A stretch of 64,000 bases of DNA, taken from contig OZ024740.1 of the NCBI GenBank assembly GCA_964016885.1, positions 239,072,001 to 239,136,000 on the forward strand, written 5' to 3'. Position numbers and translations under genes: made by a program. Of the stretch, positions 52,511 through 64,000 are shown piece after piece; the stretch's first letter is position 1, and each line of letters begins with the position of its first letter. This stretch comes from Eledone cirrhosa. Its lineage: Eukaryota. A model generated the notes under the pieces. That model worked only from the letters and a program-made list of their open reading frames with translations. It was not told where the DNA came from and ran no database searches.

Positions 52511-54842
52511 ATGGAGGGCCTACCACTTCGATAAAAAATCTAAACAAGCAGATCGGAAATATATGTATGATTTCAATACTTACAAGAATCCACCACACAA
52601 CTTTTTACTTGAAGACTTCGAGAAAGACCTTTTTAATTTAATTAAACACCTCAAATTTAAAAAGTATAAATCCGTCTTTCAAAAGGACCTTGATTCTACC
52701 CTATTGGACCTAAAAAAGTCTAAAAAAATCCATGTCCACTCGGACAAAACTGGTAACTTGTATCACATGGATATTGAACATTATAATGAGTTCATATATA
52801 AAGAACTCAGAAAAAATTATAAAAAATCTAATAATGCGTCACTCACCAACATCAACAACAAAACACACAACATAGTAAAAAAACTAAACATTGAAGATAG
52901 AACTGAACCCTTGGCATTGAAAAGACCACACTTCAACCTGAAGGATCATAAATCAAACTTTAACTCAAATCCTTCTATAAGACTTATATGTCCCTCCAAA
53001 TCAGATATTGGAATAATTAGCAAACAAATTTTGGATAGAGTCATCCCACAAATAAGAAAACACGTTATTTTACCACTCTGGGAAAACACCTCCCAGGTAA
53101 TTAACTGGTTTAAAAATATTAGATGTAAATCTTCTGCTTCATTTCTACAATTTGATATAGATAATTACTATTCTTCTATATCACCTATACTCCTGAACAA
53201 AGCATTGATATTTGCTAAAAATAGATCTAACTTAACTTTGGATGACATTAATATTATTACACATGCTAGACTAACACTTATTGAATTTCAGAATGAATAC
53301 TGGACCAGAAACACATATAGTAATCTATTTGATATTACTATGGGTTCAAGCGATTCCGCCCAAATTACTGATCTTGTGGGCCTCTTTCTCCTTTTCAACA
53401 TAAATGCCTCCTTTCCCCACCTTAAAGGTGGTTTATATCGTGATGACTGTCTTCTTCTTTCTAACAACCTTAGCCTTTCAGAAATAGAAAAAAACAAAAA
53501 ACATATTAGAACTTTCCTTAAAGACTATTATAATCTTCATATTACTTTTGAAAAAACAAGTAAAGTAGTAAATTTCCTAGATATAACTTTAGATTTAGCT
53601 ACGGGTATCTACCAACCTTACCATAAACCAAACCAAAACTTACATTACATACACTCACAATCTAATCACCCTAAATCTATCATTAAAAACCTTGCATATA
53701 ATATATCACTTAGAATTTCTAACCTTTCTTCTAACCAAGATGTATTTGATAAAAATGCGACCTTCTATAACGAAGCTCTAGATAGAAGTGGCCACAAAAA
53801 TAGATTAGAATATATACCTTCTACTAAAAATACTAAAAGCATACAACCTAATATTACCAACAAACACCAAATGAAAAGTACACACCTAAATGCCACCCAC
53901 ACTATACCCCAAAATACCAAATCTTCTAATATAAAATATAGTAACTCTCAAAAAACTACTCATCATACAACTCTAATAAATATTAATAATAAAACTCCTA
54001 ATAAAAAAGATAAAACACCTAAATCTACAAATATAACTAAAAATGGTTGTGGTGAGATCATTAACATTAATCCTCCTAGTAAACATCACGATACAACCTA
54101 TAAAAATAATAAAAATAATAAACAACATAGAAACCGTAATAGACGGGTTACTTGGTATAATGCTCCATTTAATTTACAAATTAAGGATAATATTGCTAAA
54201 AAATTTTTTTATATCCTAGAGAAAAACTTCCCGCCAAACCACAAATACCATCAAATCTTAAATAGGTCTACAGTTAAATTCTCATACTCAACAACAAATA
54301 ACATAAAACAAAATATAAGTGCCTATAATGCATATAAATGTAAGAAAACCATAGGTATACCACCAATACATCAAATTAACCATAATATCTCCTCAAATAC
54401 AGAATTAACGAAAGGTTGTAACTGTAGAAACAAAGCAAACTGCCCATTAAAAGGGAATTGTCTTGTTAACAACATAGTCTATAAATGTAATGTTAAAACT
54501 AAAGATTCTATTTGCTCATATATAGGAGCTACTTCTAACAATTTTAAGACAAGGTTTAATACCCACAAGCATAGTTTTAAAAATGCCGCACTGGCTAATA
54601 CAACATCTCTAGCAGAAAAAATCAATAGTTATAAAAATAAGAATATAGAATATGATTTGACCTGGAGTGTGCTCAAAAGAGCCACCCCTTATCAAAATAA
54701 TAGAAATGAATGTAGATTATGTTCCCAAGAACTATTTGAAATAATGAAATCTAAGGATATCCTATTAAATAAACGACAGGAATTAATTATATCGTGTAAT
54801 CATAAACTAAAAAAAACATTTAAATATTATAAACCTAATTAA
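52482..54842 (+). CDS. PLE reverse transcriptase + GIY-YIG endonuclease, 5'-truncated
   Basis: FDIDNYYSSI, TMGSSDSAQITDLVG, LYRDD, FLDI, SNHP; CNC..CPL, IVY..YIG..FKTRF..H, CRLC..E, LN.R.E..CNH. The first ~9 codons come from the inverted arm. Confidence 0.93.
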   Translation: MFFSISERLRWRAYHFDKKSKQADRKYMYDFNTYKNPPHNFLLEDFEKDLFNLIKHLKFKKYKSVFQKDLDSTLLDLKKSKKIHVHSDKTGNLYHMDIEHYNEFIYKELRKNYKKSNNASLTNINNKTHNIVKKLNIEDRTEPLALKRPHFNLKDHKSNFNSNPSIRLICPSKSDIGIISKQILDRVIPQIRKHVILPLWENTSQVINWFKNIRCKSSASFLQFDIDNYYSSISPILLNKALIFAKNRSNLTLDDINIITHARLTLIEFQNEYWTRNTYSNLFDITMGSSDSAQITDLVGLFLLFNINASFPHLKGGLYRDDCLLLSNNLSLSEIEKNKKHIRTFLKDYYNLHITFEKTSKVVNFLDITLDLATGIYQPYHKPNQNLHYIHSQSNHPKSIIKNLAYNISLRISNLSSNQDVFDKNATFYNEALDRSGHKNRLEYIPSTKNTKSIQPNITNKHQMKSTHLNATHTIPQNTKSSNIKYSNSQKTTHHTTLININNKTPNKKDKTPKSTNITKNGCGEIININPPSKHHDTTYKNNKNNKQHRNRNRRVTWYNAPFNLQIKDNIAKKFFYILEKNFPPNHKYHQILNRSTVKFSYSTTNNIKQNISAYNAYKCKKTIGIPPIHQINHNISSNTELTKGCNCRNKANCPLKGNCLVNNIVYKCNVKTKDSICSYIGATSNNFKTRFNTHKHSFKNAALANTTSLAEKINSYKNKNIEYDLTWSVLKRATPYQNNRNECRLCSQELFEIMKSKDILLNKRQELIISCNHKLKKTFKYYKPN

Positions 54843-55344
54843 TAACATTATTTTAGAAATTAATATATAATTTAATTTAAATGTTAGTTAACCTATAAAT
54901 TTAATTTAATTAAAATTCTACTACAGATGAGAATATAAAATATTGTGTAATCATAAATTGTGAAAAACCTTTAAATATTACTAATATATACTTAGTAATT
55001 TAATTTATAGATTAATTTTAATTTATTTAACCCTTTATTAAAATTCCTTTACAGATAAAATATAACAAAATATCGTGTATCCAATGACAGAGAAATAATT
55101 TTTAGTATTATAGACCTAATTAATATACATTTTAGAAATATATTTATAATTTGGTTTTAAATTTAGTCAACCTAAAAATTTAATTTAATTGGCTTAAAAT
55201 TAGTATCCTAATACAGACGGATTGCAGAGTGTCATGTAATCATAGAATGGGATGTGTTTTGGATGTATACCTAGTTAATATATTCTTTGGAATTTTTGAA
55301 AAAATATGTATATGTATGTATGTATATGTATGTGTATGTATGTT

Positions 55345-55393
<49 letters not shown>

Positions 55394-56181
55394 ATGTATA
55401 TGTATGTGTATATGTATTAATTTTGATTTCTATTTGCATATAATTATATTCTGCTATTGATAAAATACAATATCTGTTTTATTTATTATATACCTAATTA
55501 ACATATACTATAGAAATTAATATATAATTTTTAATTTAGTTAACCTATAATTTATATTCTACTACCGATGTAATACTTTATTTGTTTTTTCCCTATTACT
55601 AAATTCATTTCCTAATATTGATACCATAACGTTAATAACTTTAATTTAGTTATACTATAATTAATACTCTACTACTATTTAACTTCAAAATTCTGCTTCA
55701 AATATTATAAACCTAACTAATTTACACCTTAGAAATCAATATGTTAACTTTCTTTAGTTTAGTTAACATATAATTAATGGTATACTTATTTTGAAATGCA
55801 TAATTTTGCCTTATTTCTTGCATTTCCTAACACTGAAACTATGTAAAAACATATATTGAGATCCAAATACAGATTAATATTCTATGTTTCTTGAAACATA
55901 TATTTACTATAATCCCCTTCTCCACCCCCCCCTTTTCCCCCATACTATTATCATTTGTGTTTGTAAGCGTGTATGTATGAATATATATGTAGGTAGGTGT
56001 ATATATGTTTGGGTGTTTATATCTGAGTATAAAAATACATATATGCGCATGCAAATAAGAATGTATGATTGTGTGTATATATATATGTATGTATATATAT
56101 GTGTGTATATATACATGTGTATATATATGTGTATGTATATATATATATGTGTGTATATGTGTATATATGTGTGGGCATGTA

Positions 56182-56242
<61 letters not shown>

Positions 56243-56863
56243 ATGTATGTGTATGTATATATGTGTATGTATATGTATGTCTCTCTATATATATGTCTAT
56301 CTTCGTATCTATGTGTGTATATGTGTGTATGTACATGTATGCACATGTATATGTTTATGTCTATATGTGTGTATGTGTATATATGTACGTGTGCGCACAT
56401 ATATATGTGAGTGTGTGTGTGTGTGTGTATATATGAATGTGTATATCTATGTGTGTATATATATGTATTCGTATGTGTATATATATATATTATTTATTAT
56501 TATAATATAACTTATGTGTATATATATATATGTGAAGGTGTGTATATGTATATATATGTATATGTATGTGTAAAAATATATATGTGTATGTGTGTTTTTG
56601 TGTGTGTGTATATATATGTATATATATGTGTGTATGTATGTGTTTGTATGTGTGTTTATGGTTGTATGTGTGTGTGGGTATATATATAAATGTATGTGTA
56701 TATATATATATATATATATGTGTATATGTATCTCTATTAATGTGTGTATATATGTATATGTATATACCTTTTTCTTTGTATGTCTGAGTTGTGTGAGAGT
56801 GTAGTGGTGTTTGTATGTATATACGCATATATGGATGCGTATGTATTTATATATATGTATGTG

Positions 56864-56894
<31 letters not shown>

Positions 56895-57305
56895 GTATAT
56901 GTATCTCTATTTGTATGTGTATATGTGTATATGTATATACCTTTTTCTTTGTATGTCTGAGTTGTGTGAGAGTGTAGTGGTGTTTTGTATGTATATACCG
57001 ATATATGGATGCGTAAGTATTTATATATATGCGTATATATAAGTACGTATGTGTGGGTGAATATATTTCTATGTCTATGTATGAGTATGTATGTGTGTGT
57101 ATGTATGTGTGTATGTGTGTATGTATGTATGTATGTCTGTATGTATATGTGTGTATATATATGTATGTATGTGTATGTCTGTATGTATATAAGTATGTAT
57201 GTGTATGTATATGTGCGTGTATGTGTATATATATGCGTGTCTATATATGTGTGTGTGTATATATGTGTATATATGTGTGTATATATATGTATATATATAT
57301 ATGTA

Positions 57306-57336
<31 letters not shown>

Positions 57337-57379
57337 GTATATGTTTATATATGTGTGTGTGTGTGTGTTGTATGTGTAG

Positions 57380-57427
<48 letters not shown>

Positions 57428-58062
57428 GTGTATATATATATATATATATTTTCTTGATATATTTCTTTTTTCTTTTTTCTTTTTCTTTTCTTTTTATTTC
57501 GAAGTTTATAGATACATCTATAAATAAGCAGTCTGCCCAAACAGTTGAATACTGACCTCTCCCCCCCCCCTCCCACCTAATTTCTGTATCTTGATCTAAA
57601 TGTGTGTGGCAGTGTTTATGTGAGTGAATTAATATCCATGTGCTTATGATAATATTATATCCACATATATATGTGTGTGGGGGTGTGTGTGTGTATGTAT
57701 GTTCGTAATTATGTGTATGTTTATGCATATACGCGCGCGTGTGTGTGAGTGTATGGATATGTGTGAGTATGAGAATATGTGTATACAGTTATTTCATATT
57801 TATGTGTCTATACGCATTTTATCTGTGGATTATAAACTTACAGAGACATTAGCCTTAAATTTTTTTGTATTTGCATACATCTTTTTGGCATGCGTATGCA
57901 TGTTGAGCATATATCTTTGTATAAATATGTGTACGGGGTTAGTTACATGTATATACACACACCAAACTGCATAAAACTTTTTGTATTTTCATTGGTCAAT
58001 TTTGAACTCCGTTCCCAAACGGACCTGAAATTTTGAATTGTTGTTATTATCAATAAATATAT

Positions 58063-58217
58063 TTCATTATTTCTGAAGACGGCATATATGTGTGTTTGGT
58101 ATGTATATTTAATCTTGATAGTTTGTATAATTTTGTATAATTTTGTACATAGATCTGTTGAATATGCATGCCAATTCTAACACATATATATCCTAGAAAC
58201 GATCGTTAAATAATGAA
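58063..58217 (+). ncRNA. type I HHR with a 116-nt stem II region (mirror copy 47708-47862 on -)
   Basis: TTCATTATTT-CTGAAGA-[58080-58195]-GAAAC-GATC-GTT-AAATAATGAA; perfect 10-bp stem I. Confidence 0.75.
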
Positions 58218-58271
58218 CTTTTTTTGTTTAATATAAGGAACTGTTTCATTGTTTTATTCATTATTTGTTTA

Positions 58272-58700
<429 letters not shown>

Positions 58701-59169
58701 CCAAAACACCACCCAAATGAAAACAATAGACCTGTTATAGTTTGGTGGGATAAAAACTATGTACTATTATTGAGGTCAGCTTTGTGAATGGGAGCATTTC
58801 ATTTAAAATTAGTAAGAAAATGAACCTTTACAGTCAACTGCTTCGAAACATACAGCTTTTCCATCAAGATTAATAATTTACCACCCGTAATTATTGGTCC
58901 ACTAGGTTACGTTACTGCTAAAATTATACGATGGAAAAACCAGAATTTTCTGGCAAAAAAGGGAGAAGTCTAACTTATTCTCCCAGTTCAATATGTAAAC
59001 GAAATAGAATACCTTTCTTAAATTCATGATATAAATCTATTTTTATTGCTATTAAATTACAATAATGGAGCTTTGTTATCCTTATCAGAAACGATAATTT
59101 TTATGGAATAATTCAACGGATTACAAAAGGGACAAACGTATATTTCAATCCTCTTTTTCGCAGTCAGAT

Positions 59170-59340
59170 CTGTTAACATTTAAAACGTACCAGGCACTGA
59201 ATAGGACTATGTTGGCTTCGAACGGACCATATACTCTTAATCTACACCAAGAACAGGTCGTATAGAAACAGCACCATGTCCTTGTGGAGACTCTCCAAAA
59301 AATTCTGACATTATTTGTTCCAATGTAAAAACTAACAGTC
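59170..59340 (+). pseudogene. I-group LINE C-terminal relic
   Basis: LRTDH...APCPCG...HYLFQC across frameshifts resembles the LRTGH/CCHC tail. Confidence 0.4.
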
Positions 59341-60612
59341 TGAGAGAGAGGACATCTTGAAGCTGATCTTTAAAAAACTATCAAGATGGGAGGTGTAATA
59401 TATTGTCAACGATCTACCAACCTTAAACAAGATTTTCCAACACATGGAGGCAAGGAAACAATTTAACAATAGAAACATAGCTGTCTTTCATTTTCACTTT
59501 TTTTTTTATTTTGCTTCCTTTGCCTTCTCTTTCTTCTTTATTTTTCTCCTTGCATCTATCTTGTTTTTGTTTCTTAATTATAATGGGTATTAGCTACCTC
59601 TACTAGTATGTCATGACTTATTAGCTCTATACGGACGTTTAGATTGTTAAATCTATCAATAAATATATGTATAATAATTGTCAATAAATATATGTATAAT
59701 AATTGAAAGGCAAAGTTAACCTCGGCAGGATTTGAACTCAGAATGTAAAGGGCCATAACTCTGTGCTGCAAACCATGGTGCCTGACGCTCTACCAATACT
59801 GCCAATCCATCGTATAATAATGATTTCTAGTATAGGCACAAGGCCAGTAATTTGGGGGAGGGGAAAGTCGATTAAATCGACCCCAGTACGTTACTGGTGC
59901 TTTATTTTATCGAGCCCGTAAGGATGAAAGGCAAAGTCAACCTCGGAGGGATTTGAACTCAGAACGTATAGGGCCATAACTCTATGCTGCAAACGATAGT
60001 GTCTGATGATCTAACAATACTTCCAATCCACCGTATAATAATACACATATGTACATTCACATATTTTCGGTTGTATTTATAGTCTAATTTCCTCATCTAC
60101 CTACACGGTTGCAAGGTTACAAGAAAGCTGTATTCTGTATTGCCCTCCCCACTAACGTACCATTCTATAAAAGATCTGAGAATGTTTACCCTTACTACTG
60201 GGGCTGGGTACCATTTATTTTGGATTACGAGCTCGTCACAAACGGGTTGATATACGATCTGTTGCTCTGATAAAGATTAGGGTATTCCTAAAATATATTG
60301 AGTGGCGCTGAAGTTAATACATATCAACGATTGATTCAAAATCGGCTTTGATGCTGGAGCCCTATGATAAAAAGTATTCGAGCCATGTCCCCCGCCGTCT
60401 TTGCTTTGCAGAAAAAGCGTAAACCCAACTGTAACCTCTGACTATATCAACCAATGTGTGTTTTTTAAAGATTTTACCAATATTGTGTCTATCTATATAT
60501 ACTTGTATGTTTTTATATTTGTATGTCTTTATGTATATGTAAACGTGACTACCTATATGTGGTATATATGTATTTATGTTTGTATTGTGTTTGCATATAT
60601 ATATATATATAT

Positions 60613-61196
60613 CAACTAGAAATGGATTGACATATATATATCTAAAATAAACATATGAAACAATCACGGAATAATTTGTAAAAGTGTGTAAGCACACATA
60701 GCTATGTAGGTGACTAATTAAAGTTTAACTAGAACTTTAAAAATAGATACCTTAAATATTGATTAATCTTCCTTGTATATATTTCATTAAAGAAATATAT
60801 TTCACCATCAATCGATCGGCTACTATTTCTAATTGTCGATAACCCTATTCGCGCCACTGGGATGAAGCTGGTACGATGTGTGTATTTTAAAAAAATGCAA
60901 CACGTGCTGCTAGTCATTCGCAGATTTGGATTTGCTGTGTAAACACAGATAGTTAAGTCTTCTTCCTTGTTGAAAATCTAGGATTTGGCTACTGTGGTTT
61001 ACCGATCGATTGATAGTGAAATATATATCTTTAATGAAATATATACAAGGAAGATTAATCAATTTATAAGGTATCTATTTTTAAAGTTCTAGTTAAACTT
61101 TAATTAGTTACCTACATAGCTATGTGTGTTTACACACTTTTACAAATTATTCCCTGTGATTGTTTCATATGTTTATTTTAGATCAATTTCTAGTTT
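60613..61196. repeat. fold-back element
   Basis: ~180-bp inverted arms 60641-60819/61002-61181 with a ~180-bp spacer. Confidence 0.8.
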
Positions 61197-61330
61197 ATAT
61201 AAAATGCTCGGATCTATTAATTGGAATCTTGGAGCATATTCTACAGGGGATATGACGCATGTCTCTCTGACATGACACCCTTAATTTAATTTTGGATATA
61301 TATATATATATATCCAAGTATATATATCAT

Positions 61331-62295
61331 ATAAGTATCAGCCGTACTAAGAGTGAGAAATAAAATTTCGTTTCATTCTTTTTCCATATATATATGGAAA
61401 AAGAATGAAACGAAATTTCATTTCTCACTCCTAGTACGGCTGATACTTAAATATAAGTATGTATACGTACATACATATATGTATACAGACGTACAATAGT
61501 ATGTATATATATACACATACATGCACACACATATATATATATATATGTACGTATGGGTTTACCGAACATTTATTATAATGTTCGGTTTGTTTGTAAACAA
61601 ACAGCCCAAATTAAGCCGTACAGTGTTCGGAAACCATCGTTGCCTTTTGTTCAACACTGACACAGGAACGATGAACTAGTTTCAAGCTTATTAGCTATCG
61701 TCAGCATCGTATACCTTCCTGTCATATGATTGAACGTTTGAAAGTATATACTTTCCTTATGCATATTAACGGCTGAGCAGCCTAATTTGCATATCGAGTG
61801 AGTTAATCGGCCGGGCGTACTGAAAACGATAAATGGAAAAAGAATGAAACGAAATTTCATTTCTCACTCTTAGTACGGCTGATACTTAAATATAAGTATG
61901 TATACGTACATACATATATGTATACAGACGTACAGTAGTATGTATATATATACATACATGCACACATATATGCAAATTAGGCTGCTCAGCCGTTAATATA
62001 CATAAGGAAAGTATATACTTTCAAACGTTCAATCATCTGACAGGAAGGTATACGATGCTGACGATAGCTAATAAGCTTGAAACTAGTTCATCGTTCTTTT
62101 GTCAGTGTTGAACAAAAGGGCAACGATGGTTGCCGAACACTGTACGGCTTAATTCGGGCTGTTTGTTTACAAACAAACCGAACATTATAATAAATGTTCG
62201 GTAAACCCATACGTACATATATATATGTGTGCATGTATGTATATATATACATACTACTGCACGTCTGTATACATATATGTATGTACGTATACATA

Positions 62296-62300
<5 letters not shown>
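61331..62300. mobile_element. partial-tandem + inverted HHR element, ~440-nt unit
   Basis: 61395-61535 is repeated at 61833-61970; 61460-61795 is inverted at 61966-62300; HHRs at 61668-61710(-) and 62052-62094(+). Confidence 0.8.
62052..62094 (+). ncRNA. minimal type I HHR
   Basis: ACGATG-CTGACGA-T-AGCT-AATA-AGCT-T-GAAAC-TA-GTT-CATCGT. Confidence 0.85.
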
Positions 62301-62341
<41 letters not shown>

Positions 62342-62897
62342 CACACATATATATGATATTTATATGTAAATATGTAATCATTATCGTCTTGTTTACCTAC
62401 TATTTATTTTTATTCTTAGTTTCTATATTTTACTGCTCATTTGTCGTTGCCGTGGTATACATTACCTAATACCTTATCCTTCTCTTATACACTTGTTTAC
62501 TAAGAAACATTTTTACATATTTACATACTTCTAACGTTCTTTTATATAATTATGCCTCATTCTTTACACGCTCCTTACTATTTTCTAATAATCTTATTGT
62601 CTCTTTCTGTCACTCTATAGATATGAAAACATTCGGTGTTAGCATTGTTTCGAGCGTATTTTAACCGTAAACAACACGTAACATAGTTTAATTGTAAAAT
62701 ACATACTTAGAACTTGGCAACGTGTAAGCATCTTATTTTATTCAACCTTTTACTTACACTAACCTTCACAAATACTACTTTCCATCTTGTCATATAAAAA
62801 GTATAACCAGAAAATTTTAGTCTTTAAAGAATTTCACACAGAATTAATTATAATATTAATAGCCAAAACCTAATTACCTAATTAACAATGAATAATT

Positions 62898-63225
62898 TTG
62901 TTATACTTTGGGAGGGTCATGTTGCCAATAAGAAACACACGCACCAGTTGCTTTCACTTCAGTTTATTATATATTTATAAATTTATAAATTTACAAATCT
63001 ACAAACTTATAAATTTCTGGTTGGTTGGTTGGTTCCACAACCAGATAGTTGTTTATATATAGTCATAGTCCTTTCGTCACACACTCTGTGACCTCTTCAG
63101 TGACTGGGGATTCCTTTCTTTGTTTCTGTGCCTTTCCTTTCTTCTATCCTACGCCATAGTATAACAATATCGGTTTCAACACACGATTTCAGATAAAGAA
63201 TCTTGCTAAACAAATTCAGAAACGA
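62898..63225 (-). mobile_element. copy of the 40137 HHR mini-element family
   Basis: AGTCA-CTGAAGA-G-GTCACA/TGTGAC-GAAAG-GA-CTA-TGACT at 63105-63061; tail on the opposite strand at 63158-63225. Confidence 0.8.
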
Positions 63226-64000
63226 AATGAATAATTTCATTCACGTAATCCTTTGCATCGAAACCAAATAAGTCCAATATTTCCATTTCTTAAAATTTCA
63301 TTATTTTGTCTAGAGCTATAAATTTCATTGGCTGATTTTCAATGTTGTTTCATTATGTTGTTGTATTTCTGGGGTTGTGGTGTGGTACGTTGTCTATGGC
63401 TAAATTTTCATTGGTTGGTTTCCAAAGTTGTTTTGTTAAGTCGTTCTTTTATAATGCTGTGTGTGATTGTTATCGTTTCATTTTTTAAATTCGTAGTTTG
63501 TATGATGTCTTCATTGGTCGTGTTTGGTGTTGTGTATCTATGTCGTTTTGTTGTGTTTTCTTGTTTATCTGGTTAAAGTTACGATCATAGTTGACAACAA
63601 TATCTGTATTAATGCCTTTTACCATACTCCTTGTATTTTTTCTTCTCATGTACTGCGACACCAACCCGTGGGCAGGTAAACGAAGCACCAGCAGGGTATG
63701 TCACCCTACCTCACCTCGTCCTCAATCGTAAAGACCAGGTACACAGATACTTACCTGTTAAATATCAACCACGATCTCTTACGACTGCTCTTTCGAAGGA
63801 ATAAGAAAGCCTCTAGGATAAACAAAATACGACACTTACCACTTTGCCTTTTTTATTGAAGAATTTATTAGGTAAGAAGGCAATATCTTTTGTGACATAT
63901 CTCTAACATGCTTGGTTGAGACCAGACCCATGTTCACTGTCTCTCTCTCGCTTTCGTTACTGTTGCTTTTGTTATTAACGTTAAACAATCTACCTGTACT

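Noticed and set aside
52482-54842. Selenocysteine-encoding PLE (reported for some Naiads)
   Set aside because: The ORF has no in-frame TGA, and I identified no SECIS.
47951-57974. Many YI/CV/HT-rich ORFs here and across the window
   Set aside because: They are translations of (AT)n, (GT)n and (CA)n repeats.
63240-63640. Decayed GIY-YIG fragment next to an HHR element
   Set aside because: Too degenerate to support by eye.

Overview
AT-rich, microsatellite-dense eukaryotic DNA. The SINE repertoire and (AT)n density suggest an octopus-like cephalopod (inference). No host protein-coding exon is supportable; the window is almost entirely mobile DNA. It holds a ~10.8 kb Penelope-like element (PLE; RT + GIY-YIG ORF 52482-54842) with ~4.8 kb inverted arms, two decayed PLEs, a near-complete RTE LINE with a triple C2H2 tail, further RTE fragments and bipartite RTE-derived elements, two tRNA-derived SINE families, a Chapaev3-like relic and several MITEs. 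The main signal is a hammerhead-ribozyme (HHR) system. A 310-bp tandem array (40812-45751; 14 full units, a partial unit and an inverted end) carries a type I HHR in every unit and looks like a retrozyme or circular-RNA imprint. About a dozen further short non-coding elements from several families carry whole or half HHRs, mostly sit in (AT)n tracts, and often share the fold-back-plus-tail architecture of the autonomous PLE. A second candidate novelty is a covarying 5'UTR-3'UTR helix in the RTE family. All folds were read by eye and none was computed or tested.
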